In this document: positions 63,199 to 64,000 of the stretch, in pieces
How the letters are laid out: every line of letters begins with the position of its first letter
How positions within the stretch are numbered: position 1 is the stretch's first letter
Assembly (NCBI RefSeq): GCF_021869535.1
Contig: NW_026262745.1
Coordinates: 8,618,001 to 8,682,000 of the forward strand
Direction: 5' to 3'
DNA length: 64,000 nt
Source of the DNA: Mytilus californianus
Lineage: Eukaryota
Notes under the pieces: generated by a model
Databases searched by the model: none
What the model saw: only the letters and a program-made list of their open reading frames with translations
What the model was told of the DNA's origin: nothing
Position numbers and translations under genes: made by a program

Positions 63199-64000
63199 TA
63201 ATTAATATAATGAAATTATTGATGTAAATCTGGTATTTTAGGATTTATAAAGTGATTTGGGCTTGATTGACTTTTGGCATTCCTACTATAGAAACACTTT
63301 GGCTAACTCTAACGAAAATGTGCTTTGTTCTACTTACAAAACAGTTGAGAAAATCGTAAAATTGTTTTTTGTTTTCTTCCATGAGCAAATTGTTAAAAAT
63401 TCCTATAAAGTAATTGATGTTGTCTTTCAATTAATTAAGCGATGTCTGTGCCGTCACCTTTATTGACCCTTGTTTGGATGAAAGTGAAAGTTGTTGTCTT
63501 ATCTTATGACATTAATTGTTTGTGAAATGCCAAAACATTGAAATGGAAATCTGTATTATGAAATCATTAACGGAACTTTGTATGGATTAAAGGATAGGAT
63601 TTCACATTTATGTCTCCAGAAAGGGATAAAAAGTAAAATACTTATAGATTTTAAAACAAAAACAAGTGAATGAACGTGTACAAAACAAAAACAAGTGAAT
63701 GAACGTGTACAATGTATAGGACTTTATCTGAAAGCTATTTTTTTTTAAATTTTAAGAAGCAATTAGTAATATTGTTTCTCATAGAAAGTGTTTTTATTTC
63801 CTGAAAGGGAAACTTTTTAATATTTATTTTATTATAAACAGAAACATAAATAAAGGATTATGGCAATACTAATTATAAAAGTTACATAAAATAATGTTCT
63901 AAAATAAGCAAAGAAATGAAACTGTACTGTGCCCAGTCACAAACTACAAATGTATGTAAGAACCTACAGCTTACATTGTTCTGTGGCTGAATAAATGAGA

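Noticed and set aside
63245-63466. Overlapping short ORFs on both strands near the window end
   Set aside because: No recognisable motif or splice support; possibly a TE remnant.

Overview
This is AT-rich eukaryotic genomic DNA (roughly one-third GC by eye). Its repeat families look like those of bivalve molluscs, most likely a Mytilus mussel (inference from recalled repeat motifs, not a database search). The window appears to be mostly intron of one long + strand gene. Two exons are well supported (57302-57827 and 60003-60201, phase-matched); they encode an acidic, disordered region with several Tyr motifs and a DSGIQS degron-like motif. Several short upstream exons with canonical splice sites (15.3, 15.8, 19.0, 35.7, 46.9 kb) are weaker candidates, and the gene is not identified. 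The rest is transposon-derived: Helentron-type non-autonomous elements (HINE/DINE-like, four families) with internal tandem arrays, a hAT element with an 8-bp TSD nested in one of them, TGT..ACA and Kolobok-like MITEs, tRNA-derived and Deu-type SINEs, decayed L1/Tx1 and pogo remnants, a Penelope-like remnant, two hammerhead-ribozyme-like motifs and several minisatellites. Almost all ORFs in the supplied track are repeat artefacts. I saw no rRNA, true tRNA gene, CRISPR array or operon, and no convincing new multi-gene system. The most unusual observations are a minisatellite built from a SINE's Pol III promoter head, a perfect 54-bp-stem hairpin inside an old element, dimeric higher-order repeats inside Helentron-type elements, the intronic hammerhead motifs, and a 2.6-kb decayed coding stretch I could not assign.
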